A DNA stretch of 64,000 bases from Lepidodermella squamata (taxonomy: Eukaryota > Animalia > Gastrotricha): contig JBLDXI010000009.1 in NCBI GenBank assembly GCA_047495785.1, forward strand, positions 2,046,001-2,110,000, read 5' to 3'. The position numbers and the translations under genes were made by a program. This document shows, piece by piece, positions 1 through 13,687 of this stretch (position 1 is its first letter; every line of letters starts with the position of its first letter). Under the pieces are notes generated by a model that was not told where the DNA came from, did no database searches, and saw only the letters and a list, made by a program, of their open reading frames with translations.

Positions 1-1393
1 GCGACGGATACCCAGGATCAAGCTGATATCTCGAGTCAAAAGCCAGTGCATACCGAGGAGCCCGTTGTGCCTCTAACAACGGAAGCCCAAAACACATTTC
101 CGCAAATTAACGGTAGCCGTCATGTAATTGTCGAGAATATTCTGGCGAGCGACGAGCACCCTGTTAACTCGGGACCTGTTGAGGCGATAATCGAGACCGC
201 TAAAGCAATGCCCGCCGTTCAAGTTCGTAAGGTCGAGGACTGGCGAGAAAAAGCACGCGCGATCGCTACCCGCATCAACCAACAAATCGATCATGAAAAA
301 CCAACAGCCGAGGAAGCGAAGCCACAACTCGTGGAAGACACGATTCGCAACCGAATCAAACGAACCGTTGTCCAGAAGCCTATTGAAGAATCTTCGGTGC
401 CTGACTTTGTTCGCAAAGCTAGAGCGATGTCTCAAACTGCTGCTTCGAAAATTGCTCAAAATGGCAACTTGATTGAATCACACCCGCCTAAGTAAGATAT
501 TGTCATTATAGTTGAAATTTACAATTTTGTTATTTTAAATCAGGGTTGTCGACAGGCCCGTTGAAAATGTTGCCCACGAGGTCATCGAATTCCCTAGCTT
601 TGCCACAAACGGGCATGTTAACGAAAACCTTGTTCAAGGAAGCGCGGAAGCTGCAATCGAACCTGCCATTACAGTTGCTGCAGGTGTTACGGTTTCTGCT
701 GCGCCTTCTATTCCTCCTCAAGCAATAGAGGAGCGGCCAAAGTCGACATCAACGGAGTCGTCTGAATTGAGCAGCCATCAAGATTCGGCTGTTGAAAACC
801 ATCCAGAAGACGAGGAAAATTCTGGTAGCGAAAAGTTGAAGCACGAATGGATGATGCGTGCCGCCAAGATTAAGGCAGCTATTCCGAGCATGCTGGACGA
901 GAAAACTGAATTGAAGCGCGAAGCTATGGCGCTGATTCGAGAGCAACACAAGCAAAGCCGTAGCTTGGTTTCTCAACTGGCGAAGACACCAACTCAAAAA
1001 ACGGTCCAAGCTTCCATCCAACAAAAACGAAACGCTTACAAGCAATTCGCCGCTGCACCCTCACAAGTTCGCGATACCTGGTTGCCTAAGCCTGAACCAA
1101 TTGGTAAGATATTTAATTAATTTTGGTCGACCCCATCTAAAGTTTTCCCGTACAGAGAGCGGTTTTGACGTTGTTCCGAAGAATCGCAGTGGTTCCTCTG
1201 CATCTTCATCCCCTGATGGTTCTCAGGTCTTCCGTTCAAAATGTAAGACATGACAAAACATTGATCGCTCATGCTTATTTTTTTCTTGATAGCAAATGTG
1301 TCTCAGCAAGAAAACGGCTACGACAAGGCTCGTTCCGGACTTTTGGATGAGCACCGAAACCAAAACGTCTTAAACGGAGCCGAGAACCACTGA
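1..1393 (+). CDS. 3' part of an unidentified multi-exon gene (low-complexity, partly coiled-coil); 5' end lies outside the window
   Basis: Open exons 1-~490, ~544-1102, ~1156-1241, ~1293-1393 joined by ~50-nt GT-AG introns; frame ends ...NVLNGAENH* (TGA 1391-1393). No family motif recognised. Confidence 0.6.
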
Positions 1394-3848
1394 TTCCATT
1401 CGAGGTTACCGGGATTCAAAGCTAAATCCGATTTATGTTAGGCTCTACATCTATTGTGACAACATTATTTCGGATTTGAGAATGAAGCCCGATTCTAATA
1501 ATATCTTTGTTGTGATTTATGTTATTTTAACATGCTTATTTTAAACAATATTCGTCCGTTCACTGCGCTGCTTGCTCTTAATTTTCACTTTTGGGCTGCT
1601 CATTAGCCAGCTTTTTCTTTGTTAAACCGACGCGGAATAAAAATGTCAAATTTGACTTGTTGTCAATTGGATTGTTGGTATCTTTTTCAGTAAACCTAAA
1701 GGCTGGCTCCATTTCCCGCCTTGAAAATTGACATTGGTTAATCAATCATGCGAATCAATTTTTGCCCTGATCAAATTTGAGCATTTTTATCTCGAAATTC
1801 TCCACAGCCTTACCCAAACATATGCACATTAGCCCTTTAAGCGAACTGGAATAGTATGACAAAAATTTCTTCTTGCAGGCTATTCAAATGTAGCTCACTC
1901 ACATAGCCCAGATCACCCCACTTGGGCATGTCAAAGCAACCCCATTTTACTGTTCGCAAATGCTCACTATAAAGCTTGGGCGTGGCACGCCACAGAGCGA
2001 TATATCATCGCCCTAGTTTTGCATCGTTCCGTGGTTAACCGACTCTCATACACGCCCGAGGTTTTTATCGCTATTGTAGAATCTGTTAGTGACGGGAATA
2101 GGCGCAAATTGTAGGGAAACCTCGATTTTCATTGTGTATTTTCAACCTGAGAATAAAAGCGGTCAAGATCGTCACAGGACACTGACTTGAAAAGAAATCA
2201 TTTTTTAGGCTACGGCGCCCGCGTCAGCGGGAAATTATTGGGAAATTTGAAGAATTTGAAGACCATTTCCGGAAAAAAGGAAATAAACCTGTTAGCTAAA
2301 GCTTGCTTCCCTTGTGCTTGGCTAATTTATGGTATAATTTGATAGAATTTGGTGATATTTGTGGAGGTAGGCATAGAAACGTAGTGATCACTTGTCTACG
2401 TTGAATATGTTGAACGGGAACTTTCAACTTTGCTCCCGAAAGGTGCGCGAAAATAGCTATTCACCCGCATCTGGGTGCGACAATTTTGCTACGTACACCC
2501 AATAAATTTGATAGGATTGTCATGAAAACACGAGTGCAGAGAGAAAAATCGATGTAGCCCAGTTTCTCGCTCCAACTGCGCCCATGATAAAAGAAACCAA
2601 AGAAAGCGAAACCGCCAATCGCCTTCAAGGCCGTTACCTTCAAGGTCAGCAATTCTACTTCTGTGCGCCCTACTCAAGTATGCTGCTTGGTTCCAACTGG
2701 GGTCACTTTGATATACCAAAATGGGGTGATTTTGGCATACCAAAGAACAAAAATGGGAAGGTATAGACCCTGTGAATGGGGTACCGCGTTGGATAGCCTG
2801 TAGGAAGGGCAATCTAAAAATGGCTTCGATTAGGCGGCTTCGGTTGAACCGCCACCGAAGTTTCAATTAATAAGGAAATTAAAAAACATTGCTGCAACGT
2901 TACCTATATTACTTCATGTACCAGAATGAGTTTTGTTGATGTGCATTGTAAGTATCCAGTCTGTTGTTTCCTTGGGCTATCCAACGATACCCCGTCTTGA
3001 CCATACGTACAATCTTCGATTTTTAGAATAGGTCTGACTCAACAATCGTGTCCGGCAGGGTCTCACTGACTACTTATTTCGTTTTTATGACTTTTCATGA
3101 AAAACTGACAGAATGGTAACTTGGATGACGAATCCTATGAATTCATCCGGATGAATCTATATTAAACAAAACTAGCGCGATTGAAATTTTCAGTGAAATC
3201 AGGACATGTTGATGCGCCCAAGTGCCTAGTTTGGCATGCGATTGTCGATTTTCCGAATAGTTCCTTGTTCCTTCATTTGCCTGAAAATTCAAAAATTCGA
3301 TTTGTTGGCTTTGCTGAAAAAATATTCGGCTGTGAAACGATTAAATAGGATTCCCCTGATTTTGAAATCTTATGCGCCACGTGTCTCCAACTTATAACTT
3401 ACCATGTTCGAAAGTGACTGTGGTTTTATGCTGTAATCAGTAATCAGCATTACTTCTGTATTCTGTTCAAATATTACGAACTTGAGATTTTTCTCTAATT
3501 TCATCACCAGTGGATGAAAAGCATGCTAATAAGGAGTCACCGTTTTAATAAAAGACCGCATTTGAAAACTCATGCTTTTTATTTGAAAGTTTTGGCATAC
3601 CGGTATCAATGGTTCCAAGACAACAACTCTTGATTAAAATGGTGAACTTATTCGGTTCAAAAATTCAGCCTCAAACATCAGGTCCAACCAGCGTAGAATA
3701 TTAAAATGACCAGTCTCAGACTAACGGCAAAGTGAATAATAAGCAGCGTAATACAGTATATTTAATAAAAAACATGCAAACGACACGAAAAAGTTGTGGG
3801 TATTGTCGTGCATAAAAAATGCAAGCAATTAGCTAGATGAAAGATGGA

Positions 3849-6800
3849 TTAATTGTTACTATTGGAATTTTCGTCTTCGATTTCGGCGAGGGACGACGCC
3901 CCGATGCCGCCGTCATACGCTCCGTGAGTGTGGTGATGCGGGGTCTGGCAAAGAATAGCCGACGTTGACATCGTCTTCGTCGACTTGTGGTTTTCCTTCG
4001 AGCTAATGATGAAGGACTCGTCATTCAGGCTCATCTTACTAGGAGAGCAGCATAAATCACTCGCTGAAGCCATGGCGGAGCTCGAAGTGAATTGTCGAAC
4101 GGCGGGGGACAAGATTGAACTCATCCCCCGTGTGAGTCTACCAGGCGTTTGAGTAACAATACGCGACATTCTTCGCACGAAATCACCACCACGTTTCTTC
4201 ATCGACGGCGTTTTCGTGACACCGGGCGTCGCGGAGGCCGAGGCGCAATTCAACGGGCCGTTCATTCCAAGTTCATAACTGGTCGAATACCCTATTACAT
4301 CCTGCAGCGGGCGGCATTTGCTCATTTGATTGGCGATTGTTTGAAGAATCGTCTTTTTGGCGGCAGCGTCGCTAGCTTCAAAAGTGTATAGAGCGTGAAC
4401 GCTTCGATGGTTGTTACCACTGTCGACACTGACCAAGCCGAAAACCTCGCCAGGCGCATCCGTGATATCAACAACGCGTTGAATAAGATCCAACGGAATG
4501 AATTCAATGTGCTTCAACTCATAACTTCCGCTTCGATTCGCTGAGGCGGTTCCTTGCTGGTGATGGAAGACACCCGTGCTTTTAGCCGGCGATTCCGGTA
4601 CGACCATCCCACTGCCCATGGTAACCGTCGTAGTTCGCGGCCGTTTGCTGACCAGTGGCGATAATAAGCTACCCGATTTTTTCTTTTTGCAGATCTCAAT
4701 GCAATCGGTCATCAAATATATTTGAACCGGCACTTTGTGCTTGATTTCGAGCCAGCATAAATTAGGCACAGCGAAGAGATTTTCGAAGGTAGCAATAAGT
4801 TCACGGTTCGCGTTCAACAAAATCGGTGGGCAGTTTTCGATCTGGTGCAACAACTTGAAAATCACAATACAACCATCCGCTTTCCGCTTTCGGGTGTTGA
4901 TATTTGCCAAGACATCAGCGATCGCCTTGTGCGCCGCATTCAGGGAGGCATGGTCCGGGTTTGTTTCCGGAGTCGACTTCGCTAGCTCTACAGCAAAAAA
5001 CGAATCATCTCAACTTGTGTAAAACGCGCATACCAACTTACGTGATAGCAACAGGAGAGTCGAGGGTAGTCTCTGAACGGGCACTACCATGAGATCGGTC
5101 AACTTTTGACGCCGACATTGTTCAAGGGATATTCCCATTTTCAACAGGGCTTCAAAACGGGGGCATTCGCGCTCGAATTTATCGATTGAAGCCTTCACTT
5201 CATCGAGAAAACTGACGTAAGGTGGGTAACATTTTGCTAGCTGTTCAGCGTGAGACAGCCAAATATTTCCGATAGACGCATCTTCCGACCAGTTACGGCC
5301 AATCAGTTGATCAATTTCCTGAAGAATGGTCTCGTGAACGGCGAGAATAGGTTCCAATGGACCGAAAATATTCCGCACATCCTGCTGCGGAATAATCGGG
5401 TCGGTCTTATTCGAAGTTATGCGATCACGAAAATCAGTCAATATTGTCCGAAGAATTCCAACGTAGTGAGCTTCAGTGCATAGCAATTCGTTCGCAACGT
5501 GCCATCTTTTAGAAAATTGTTTTCCTGTCATAGACCGGCGTAGTCCGGCTCCAGAAATCCGTTTACCTCCAGAGGTACTGAGACGGCGATTGCCCTCACG
5601 ACTTCTACGGCCTGATTGAACCTGCGGCTGAATTTCACTAGACTCTTGAACGGCCTTTCTCGGGCTATTCAAGTGAACCTCCTCCGCCATCGATTCCAGC
5701 CGGGAGGGTAAAGGCAGGCCTGATTGGCCGCCATGAGCCAGCGATTCAAGCGAACAACGAAGGCGCCTATGCCGACTAGCAATACTGTCTCCTGTTCCAG
5801 GGTTGCTGGATGCAGCTGAATTCGGAGCCATATTTGCCGCTGACCCAGGCGTGTGATTAATAGAGTTCGAAGTTAGCGGGGAATTAGGTGTTAATCGAAC
5901 AGATCGTGATAATCTTGGAGCGGCGCCGCCCTTGCCAATCATAAATTCGTCTGAGCAGTCGAAATAACCCCGGGAAATGCAGGACCAAACCCAGGCGGGC
6001 CGCATGATTTTTCCTCTGGTTCGGTTCCACCACGGTGTAGGTGAATTGGCGAGATCGGTTGTGGTTCCTTCGCACTGAACAACATAAGCAGCCCCAGATG
6101 CATCATCAAGAACAGTGCCACCTAAAATAACTCTAATTGACCAAAATTTTGCTCGAGGAAAACCTGTTACCATTTGAAATCACGGCTTTCTTCATTTCTT
6201 CTGCTTTTGACCTCTCCTCTTCGCTCGAACCCACGTCGCAAAACGCGATTCTCAAGCCAGAAAAAGGTAACAGGCGATATCGACCTAGAACTTCACTACT
6301 GAGCGGGTTGAAGTTAGTGACGTCTTCGCGATGATCCCAAGCAGCCCAGACCCATTCTAGAGCTTGTATAGGGGTCCCGCAATCATAATGAGGCTGTCAA
6401 TGAGAACATTGGATGAAAGGATTTCTAAAATAATCCTTATATTTCCTTACGATGCATGACATGTGATCAGAACGCGCTGATACAATGTGAGTGAAGGTGT
6501 CTGCAATTTTGCTGTCATAAATCCGGCCTCCAAGTGAGAGCAAACAATGAGCAAATCGCTCTCCCTGTTCTCTGGTGAGCCCGTAATAAATAAGAACCGC
6601 TCGAGCTAAAGAGAAGCCGTAAAGATGTCGGACAGGAGCGAGGAGCTTCTATGTAATTCAAAAACAAGCGGTTTTGTGAGAAACTTGTGTAGAAACGTAG
6701 GAAACGTTTGCTCACCCCAACTTTTTCCAGCATCCATAGAACGACCGACGAAGACGCAATATATTCGTAACGTTTCCAGAGATCGTGAATTCTCGCTTGG

Positions 6801-7106
6801 TCAAACTGATCTGTGATCAATAATGCAGAATTGTTGCGTCCCGAAATGCAGTCACTGTCATTGTAGTCGGAAATAGTGAGATCCTACAGACAATAGCTTG
6901 AATTTATAAAAAAAATGTCATTAGGCTTAAGCTTTACCGGGAGCTTTCTCAACGCCGACATGCATTGAGAACTGATGTGACCATAGATGACGACATGGTT
7001 TATTTCAGCTTCATAAAGGTATTAATAATGCATCAATTTACCAGACAGCGCCAATTTACTTACCTTTCTCCTTAAATAGGTGCTTGAATTCGGGGGGAAT
7101 ACTCAT
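3849..7106 (-). CDS. ECT2: ECT2/Pebble RhoGEF (BRCT repeats, DH, PH)
   Basis: DH motifs KRWHVANELLCTEAHYVGIL, YPPYVSF, CRRQKLTDLMVVPVQRLPS; then INTRKRK and IENCPPILLNANRELI; BRCT-type 'IMRPAWVWSCI'. Start (MSIPPEF, ATG 7106) is tentative. Confidence 0.88.
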
Positions 7107-9277
7107 TAGAAAAATACCTATCTGAACAACGTAATTTGAATCGATTCAGTCGAAAATACAACAAGTTCATTGGGCATTTGAGCCTTTGAAAATTGCTAAG
7201 GAATGTGTGTCGAGTTGACAGAATAGAGAATTACAAAAGAGTAAAGGTCGGGGCTGCACTAACGATATTCTCGCGGTATTCGGTATTCGCCTGCTTTTCT
7301 AGTTTCAATCAACAATTAAACGCTTAACTCATTCCTTTCAACGAAATATCATACAATTTTACGATCCACAGATTAACTCATATTTTGCTGCTAAAACTTT
7401 TGGGACACAGGACAAAGCTCTTTCAACAACATTTTGACGATCTGTTTTTCGTGTTTGCTTCGCTGAAAATTCAATATTTCGAATTCACTAAAGAAGAACT
7501 TAAAAAACATGCCATGCTGAAAATTGCAAATGCTCATAGAAGTTAAAATCGTCAGCTGACAAAACAAACAGTTTAAGAGAAGAATCTCACGCTTAAACAA
7601 AGGTTACACATGGTGGACGGTGGACGTGACCTCACACATTTGACATTTCCCTCTACCTAAAGCCGGGTTTTTAATATTTTCAATTCAATCAATCAAATTC
7701 AAATTTTGCGCGTACAATAAATAATCATTGAATAAAATAATGCTATTAACTCCACAGTTTAAATAATTTTAAAGTTTTTAATTGCAAATGAACACTTTGA
7801 GCCGCATGCATTTATGCAACCTTGAAGTCCAGTGTTCAGCCTCTGTGTGCGCGGTTGGTCATGTTGGTGCCCGGAGACCAGAGACCAGGAGGTTCCAGTT
7901 CCCAGGTTACATGTTTGTCGCTTGATTTGAGCGTCTGGAATCTGGGAGATATACCGGCTGAATGAGCCAATTTTGTCAAATAACCGTCGGAGTTATGTAG
8001 AAATACCGTGCTGACCACTGACATCTTTCATCTTTAACGATGAATGTGGTCTCCTGGACATCTCCGAACAGAAATTCTGGAATACACTGCGCAAAGACGA
8101 CCGCCCCATGATCCTCGGTTCACTCGGAATGATACATGAAATTCTACACATTCCTGAAGACAGCTTGAACATTTTGATGAATTGTTTCCACGGATTCACC
8201 GTAATTATTCATGTTGACCATTTTAATTTAAGACGGACCGGATATTTTTGTATTTATGTCGTACCGTTTTAGGCGATCCTCCCAAAAGGCAATTGGGATA
8301 ACCCATTAAGCAATATGCCCAAGATGGAGATATCAGATATCGCTAAGGACAATAAATGACAGTATCTAGAAACTCCGAATATTTCCTCCTGTAGCCTAAA
8401 AAGGTTGCTCACTGATTAAATTCCTAACTAAGTGGGTTGATAGAGATATAATAAAGCTTTCCCGAAGTTCAACCAAAACCCGACTGATAGATCATAGTTG
8501 GCAGCTGAAACTTTTGCTGAACCTTCCAGGGTCAACATAATGATCTTACTTCCGACAAATTAATTTCGTCATCTGAAGCAATTGATCAGTCTAAAAAGTA
8601 AACTCAACCCCCTAGTTCACAGAAATCGGCAGATTTCATGGAGGTTGGAAGAGTCTCTAGCATCAACTTCTGTGGAGTAAAGGCATCCGAAAATCCAAGC
8701 AAGGTGAACCACATACTAGAACTGGGGAACCAGAAATGAAACTGCTAGGGTTGACATCCTTAGAAAATTTAAATTTGGGCATTATTTGAAATTTCCAGCC
8801 ATTAATGCCGAAAAATGATAACAAGTAGAGAATAAATTGAAAATACCACGATTATCGGTCATCGATGTATCGTTTTGGGAAATAATTACTTTGGGAATTA
8901 TTAATTTGCTTAAAAAGTGGATTTTTAGAGCAATTTCTCTTCAGAGTAACCCAATTGCCAATTGGGGCGGATTGCTCATAACGGTACGACATTTACATTC
9001 GCGAGGTATTGATGAGTACCATGGTCAACATAGCAGATAAAGTTGGATTTGCTCAATTAGCGAGGGGTCTCTATCACATCGTCTAGGTAATAGGTGAAGT
9101 ATTTGCTACTCCAGGATGGCGGACAGCTTTATCATTTATTTCATAGAAGTTAAGGATTCGTCATCTGATAGATGACCAGGGACACCACCAAGGTTCCTGG
9201 TTAAGTCAGCCTACACTTTACAGTAGCAGTGGCCAGGCGAAGCTAATAAGTGTAGTGTAAGCATGTTGAAAGTCCGC

Positions 9278-9871
9278 TAGCGTTTCGGTATAACTCTCCA
9301 TTTGACGGTAATTATTTTACCGCAGCGCAAACAAGGTCACCTCAATGTATGTGCGGTAAAACGAACGCCGCCACTTTGTAAATTTTACCGCACGCGGCGT
9401 TAGTTTTACCGTAGAAGCACTTGTGGCAGTTACTATTTAACGCAAGCTTTTGTCTTTACACTTACTGTAAGACTGACACAGCGAGCGCAAGAAGCATGGA
9501 TGAATCCCCCGCGCACACCATGGCAACGCGTCATTTTATAACACCCTAAACCAACAGGCAACTTTTCTGTTATACTCATGCTCTACAGTGGTTGCGTAAC
9601 ACGCTCTATTGTAAGAACGCGAGCCAAGACGCGAGCGGCTGGCGGCTGCGCGCGTGCACTACCTTTGTCGCAGCGCGCAGTTCCGACTCCATTATTTCTA
9701 TTTCTCCACAATATGAGCTGAATTTACCGCAGAAAAATTAATTTTACCGCGCCAGAGTATTTGTATGCTTCAGAGTCGAGGTAGCGCCGTTAACGGTAAA
9801 TGGTTTACCGCAACTAGAGAACAATGGCGAGATGGCGTTACCGTCAAATGGAGAGTTATACCGAAACGCTA
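9278..9871. mobile_element. MITE, ~590 bp, with 34-bp perfect terminal inverted repeats including terminal TA
   Basis: tagcgtttcggtataactctccatttgacggtaa (9278-9311) is the exact reverse complement of 9838-9871; TA at both ends fits a TA target duplication; interior has repeated tttaccg motifs and no ORF. Confidence 0.88.
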
Positions 9872-10383
9872 ACGAGTCGAAAATTATTTCCTCTCATGGT
9901 AATATTATGACTGTATTCTGGTGGATGCTATCCAGTTAGCCGAAAATATATTGGGCATGCAGTGTCAAACTTCTCAAAACATGAAACAAGGCTTCGATAA
10001 TTATTTTACTTCGTCAACGTCTCATAAAAAGTGAAAATCGATTCGAAGTGGCGCGTAGCGTGATAGAAATGTTAAGCGCATCTTCGTTCGTAAATAGCAT
10101 CCTGCTCGCATTGCGACATGTAATGAAAGAACAAAATCATTCAAATTGCCTTGGCCAATCGTACCGTGATCAAGCCTCGCTCTATGATCAGCGAGAACAC
10201 CAATATGTTCCGACGAGACGAAAGAATATATCGAGTTATTATGGCGTACAAAAAACAATCGACACTCGAAAATAGCCTCAAAGAAATAATCGTCTTTTAG
10301 AAAATCATTGGAAGCAGTATATTAGATAACATCGGTTTTACAATATAGAATACGCGAAAAATTACTATTACATCAGGAGCTGT

Positions 10384-10942
10384 TCACACGCCGAACGGAA
10401 CAACAATGTCATTGGGATTAACGTGGACCTTGGATTGACGAGAATATGCTTCTTGAATGCGACGTGAATGCTGGAGAACTCTGACTAATAAATCATGAGA
10501 GGGTAACGGCTCGGCCAGGATCTGAACAGATGCGAGCGGAGCTTGTTGAGTGAGTGTCACCGTCGAGCTTGGCAGTTTCGCACCCGACTGAAATAGACGC
10601 TGTTGGAGCATCTGATTGTAGGATTTTACCCTTTCAACTGTTTCTACGTTCTCGGGGCCAGTTTGAACGTCGTCAACGGCTGTTACGCTTATTACGCTGT
10701 CTTGAGCTTCGCGCAAGATTCGGTCCGTAGCCATGTCTGTTGAATTGGTTGAACCGTAGGCGCTACCCGATTTGCCAACGGGCTGAGCTGTGGGCAATCT
10801 TGAACCCGAAGTGGAAGGTTCTTGAGCTTGTGGCGTGATAATAGGTTGAACATCCTGGAAAGGAAATCAAAATGAATGATAATATAAAATACGGATTTGG
10901 ACAAACCTCTTTGTCTTCGCCTTTACAACACGATGCTCCCAT
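10384..10942 (-). CDS. LAMTOR1: Ragulator subunit LAMTOR1 (p18)
   Basis: Exon 1 MGASCCKGEDKE (myristoyl-Gly plus palmitoyl Cys-Cys), one ~50-nt intron, core DRILREAQDSVISV, C-terminus VHVNPNDIVVPFGV*. Confidence 0.85.
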
Positions 10943-11613
10943 TTTATAACTTTAAATTGTCTAAAATTAAAAGAAACGAACTTTGATTAATATCTTCATA
11001 AGCGGGGAATATAAACCGCAGAAGTAACAAAGAATACTGGAAGTATTGTGGCACCATAGCAAAATGTATACACTGCCTTCAGGAATTACAAGAAACCACA
11101 GTATAACATCACCGTATAAACCCATGGTATATTAGAAACCGACAGCCATGCTAGTTTTCAATCATTTGATGCTTGAATGGCAAGATTTTGCAAACGGTAA
11201 TTCCTATTTGAAAGCGCAATATTGCTCAAGCCAGATCATGACACATGAAGAAAGTTTTAATTTTTAGTTGATCTCACACCAGTACTTTCAACGAATCAGC
11301 ATACTTGAAGAGTATAAGAATTGATGTAACAACTTCGTTTATGAATAGCTAATGAATACGCGGATACATTCTTCGACCAAAAGCCAAAATAAGCATATGT
11401 ATTATGTATTCAACTCGAGGTAATCTTTCAGCCGATGATCAACGCTGGACAGAAGTAATAAGAAAGATTATGACAGTAAATTGAGTTTACTCACTCAAGT
11501 TCTTAATAGAAAAATAGCTGAGATTATACAAAACTATCACATGGTATTTAGTCATGTGAAATCGTATTATACAGACGTATCGGCAAGAGTTAGGCTTTTG
11601 CGAGCAAATGCTT

Positions 11614-13687
11614 TCAGCGTCCGCTCATGGAGAGTCCACGGCCACGTCCGACTCCAGCAGCACCCGACGAGGTAGTACGGGCATAGGGATTGGACGCTGC
11701 AGCAGCGGCTGGCTCGTTGCGGTATGTCTGGGGTCGATTTCGAGCGGTCGAGCTAGCGTAAGATGCACCTTCCCATTCGTCATCGACATCGTTTGCTCCA
11801 TTGTAGGCAACTGAGCTTCCGGTGTAAGACGGCGCAGCAGGCTGATTAGCATAAGCGCGTTGTGCAGGCCTCTGATCGTTGGTTTCCCATAGATCGTCAT
11901 CCCAAGTTCCAGTATTCTGAGCTGGGGCAACGTAACCGGCAGTTCCAGTTCGAGCTGCAGCTGTGTTCGACGCCTGCCCGCGATGAGCGGCCGATTTTGA
12001 CTTGGAGGTAGACTAGAAATTAACAATAAGGAGGAATTATTAAGTTAGAATCGGTGATAAACCTCGCCGAAAACCGAATCTTTGAACGCTTACTACTACT
12101 ACGAATAAACTGGCCCGAGAATCCCCAATGGTGTAAAGTCTGAATTGACACATTATTTGACATGGGAAAATTATCTATCTTTGACTTATGATTTTTCATT
12201 CCTATTACTCAATCGCGTTGCAAAGACTTACAGCAACAGTCCATCCATCATCATCATCGTCGTCGTTAGACTTCGCAGTGTCCGCGTAAGTCTGAGTTGC
12301 GCCACGAGGATTCGCATAGCTTGGCTGCTGGGGGTAGCTTTGTTGGCCGCGGCCGACACCTCCACCGATGGACATGGATGAAAAATTGTTGTTGAGGCCA
12401 GTGGTTGTGCTGTTGCTATAGCCTGAAACAACCGAGTCCCCATCGGCACCGCCACCGCGAGCCCTCTGAGATCCACCGTAATTATCGCCGCCCCAGCCGC
12501 CGTTTCGAGAACTTCCGCTTGAAACAGTGCTTCCCACAGCACTCGATGCACTCGCTAGAAAGAATTAGTTTAGGTTATTTTAATAATAGGAACTTCATAA
12601 AAAGAATATTACATTTCCATCCCTTATTTCTCGGGCCCCGAGCGTCAAAAGAACCAAAACCGGTGCTGGAGGGATCCCAGGAAGAGGGCAGAGCTGAGAC
12701 GGTTGGCAAGTGATTTCCAGTCAGAGTCAGGTTCAAATACGTTTTCAATGCATCGCACAAGTTGAATCCGAGTTTTCGAGCGGTAGCCAGAGCACACTTA
12801 ACGCACTCTTGCTCGAAATGCCAATCACACGCAACGCCTTTCTCATGGTCGAAAGCGGTCGAATTGAAAATTTCGAGGGCTTTCGACTCGCCGCATTTTT
12901 CAGGGCCGCCGAAAAGTTCGATGAGCAACAGCGAGGCTGATGCTACAATCTTGATTTCCTCGCTCGCATTTCGCTGAGCGCGATCGAATAAAACATCCAA
13001 GCAGTCCCGATTCATTTCAACATCGTCGGGGAAACAGAAAATCGGAGGGTAGTTAGCGTCAGGGTCAAAATCTTTAGAGTTTGTATTGAGCAATACATCT
13101 CGCATGTGAGCAAAAACAGAAGAGTAGCCATCCGTTGCTTTGTCAAATCCAAGGTAAGGGATTTTGTGGGTCTCTTCAGAATGTTTCTTGGCCGCAGCCT
13201 TTGTTCCGAGTGGGTATTCTCCCGGCTTCAGAAAGTAGTGAACGTATTTCTCAATGCCATTTCGCAGGGTGTATTTTACGAGTCCCACTTCGCAAGGGTA
13301 GTATTTGCCATAATCATCCATGAGCGCGAACTCGAAGGAAATGAAAAACAGGGGGAGATCTAGCTTGTTCGGTGCATCTCGAACATAGCTGATAGCTTCT
13401 TGACGAACGTATTCTTCGAATTCTTCTTTCTGCTTCTGTTTATCGAATTCTTGCTGAATGTTGTTTCCGTTGCAATCCTTTCGGTACTTGTCACCAGCTG
13501 GGCCACGCATGTAGGTCTTCCAAGCTTGCTCTTTAGCCTTGTATTTCGCTTTTTCTTCATCGGTCAGGTTTTTCCATTGAACGCGACCAACACTCAATGC
13601 CTCCATGAATGACCGATAGCCATATTTGGGCATGATGTAGTCGACAACAAAGTAATACTGAGCGTTTCGCGCCGGACCTTTAACCAT
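11614..13687 (-). CDS. MAEL: Maelstrom (HMG box, MAEL RNase H-like domain, long G/S-rich tail)
   Basis: HMG-like N-terminus (WKNLTDEEKAKYK); MAEL motifs YYPCEVGLVKYTL, KHSEETHKIP, CDWH...KCALA (ECHC zinc site). Exons 13687-12613, 12554-12232, 12012-11614. Confidence 0.9.

Noticed and set aside
2400-2900. Short ORFs on both strands in the first intergenic region
   Set aside because: Stops in all frames and no recognisable motif or splice structure.
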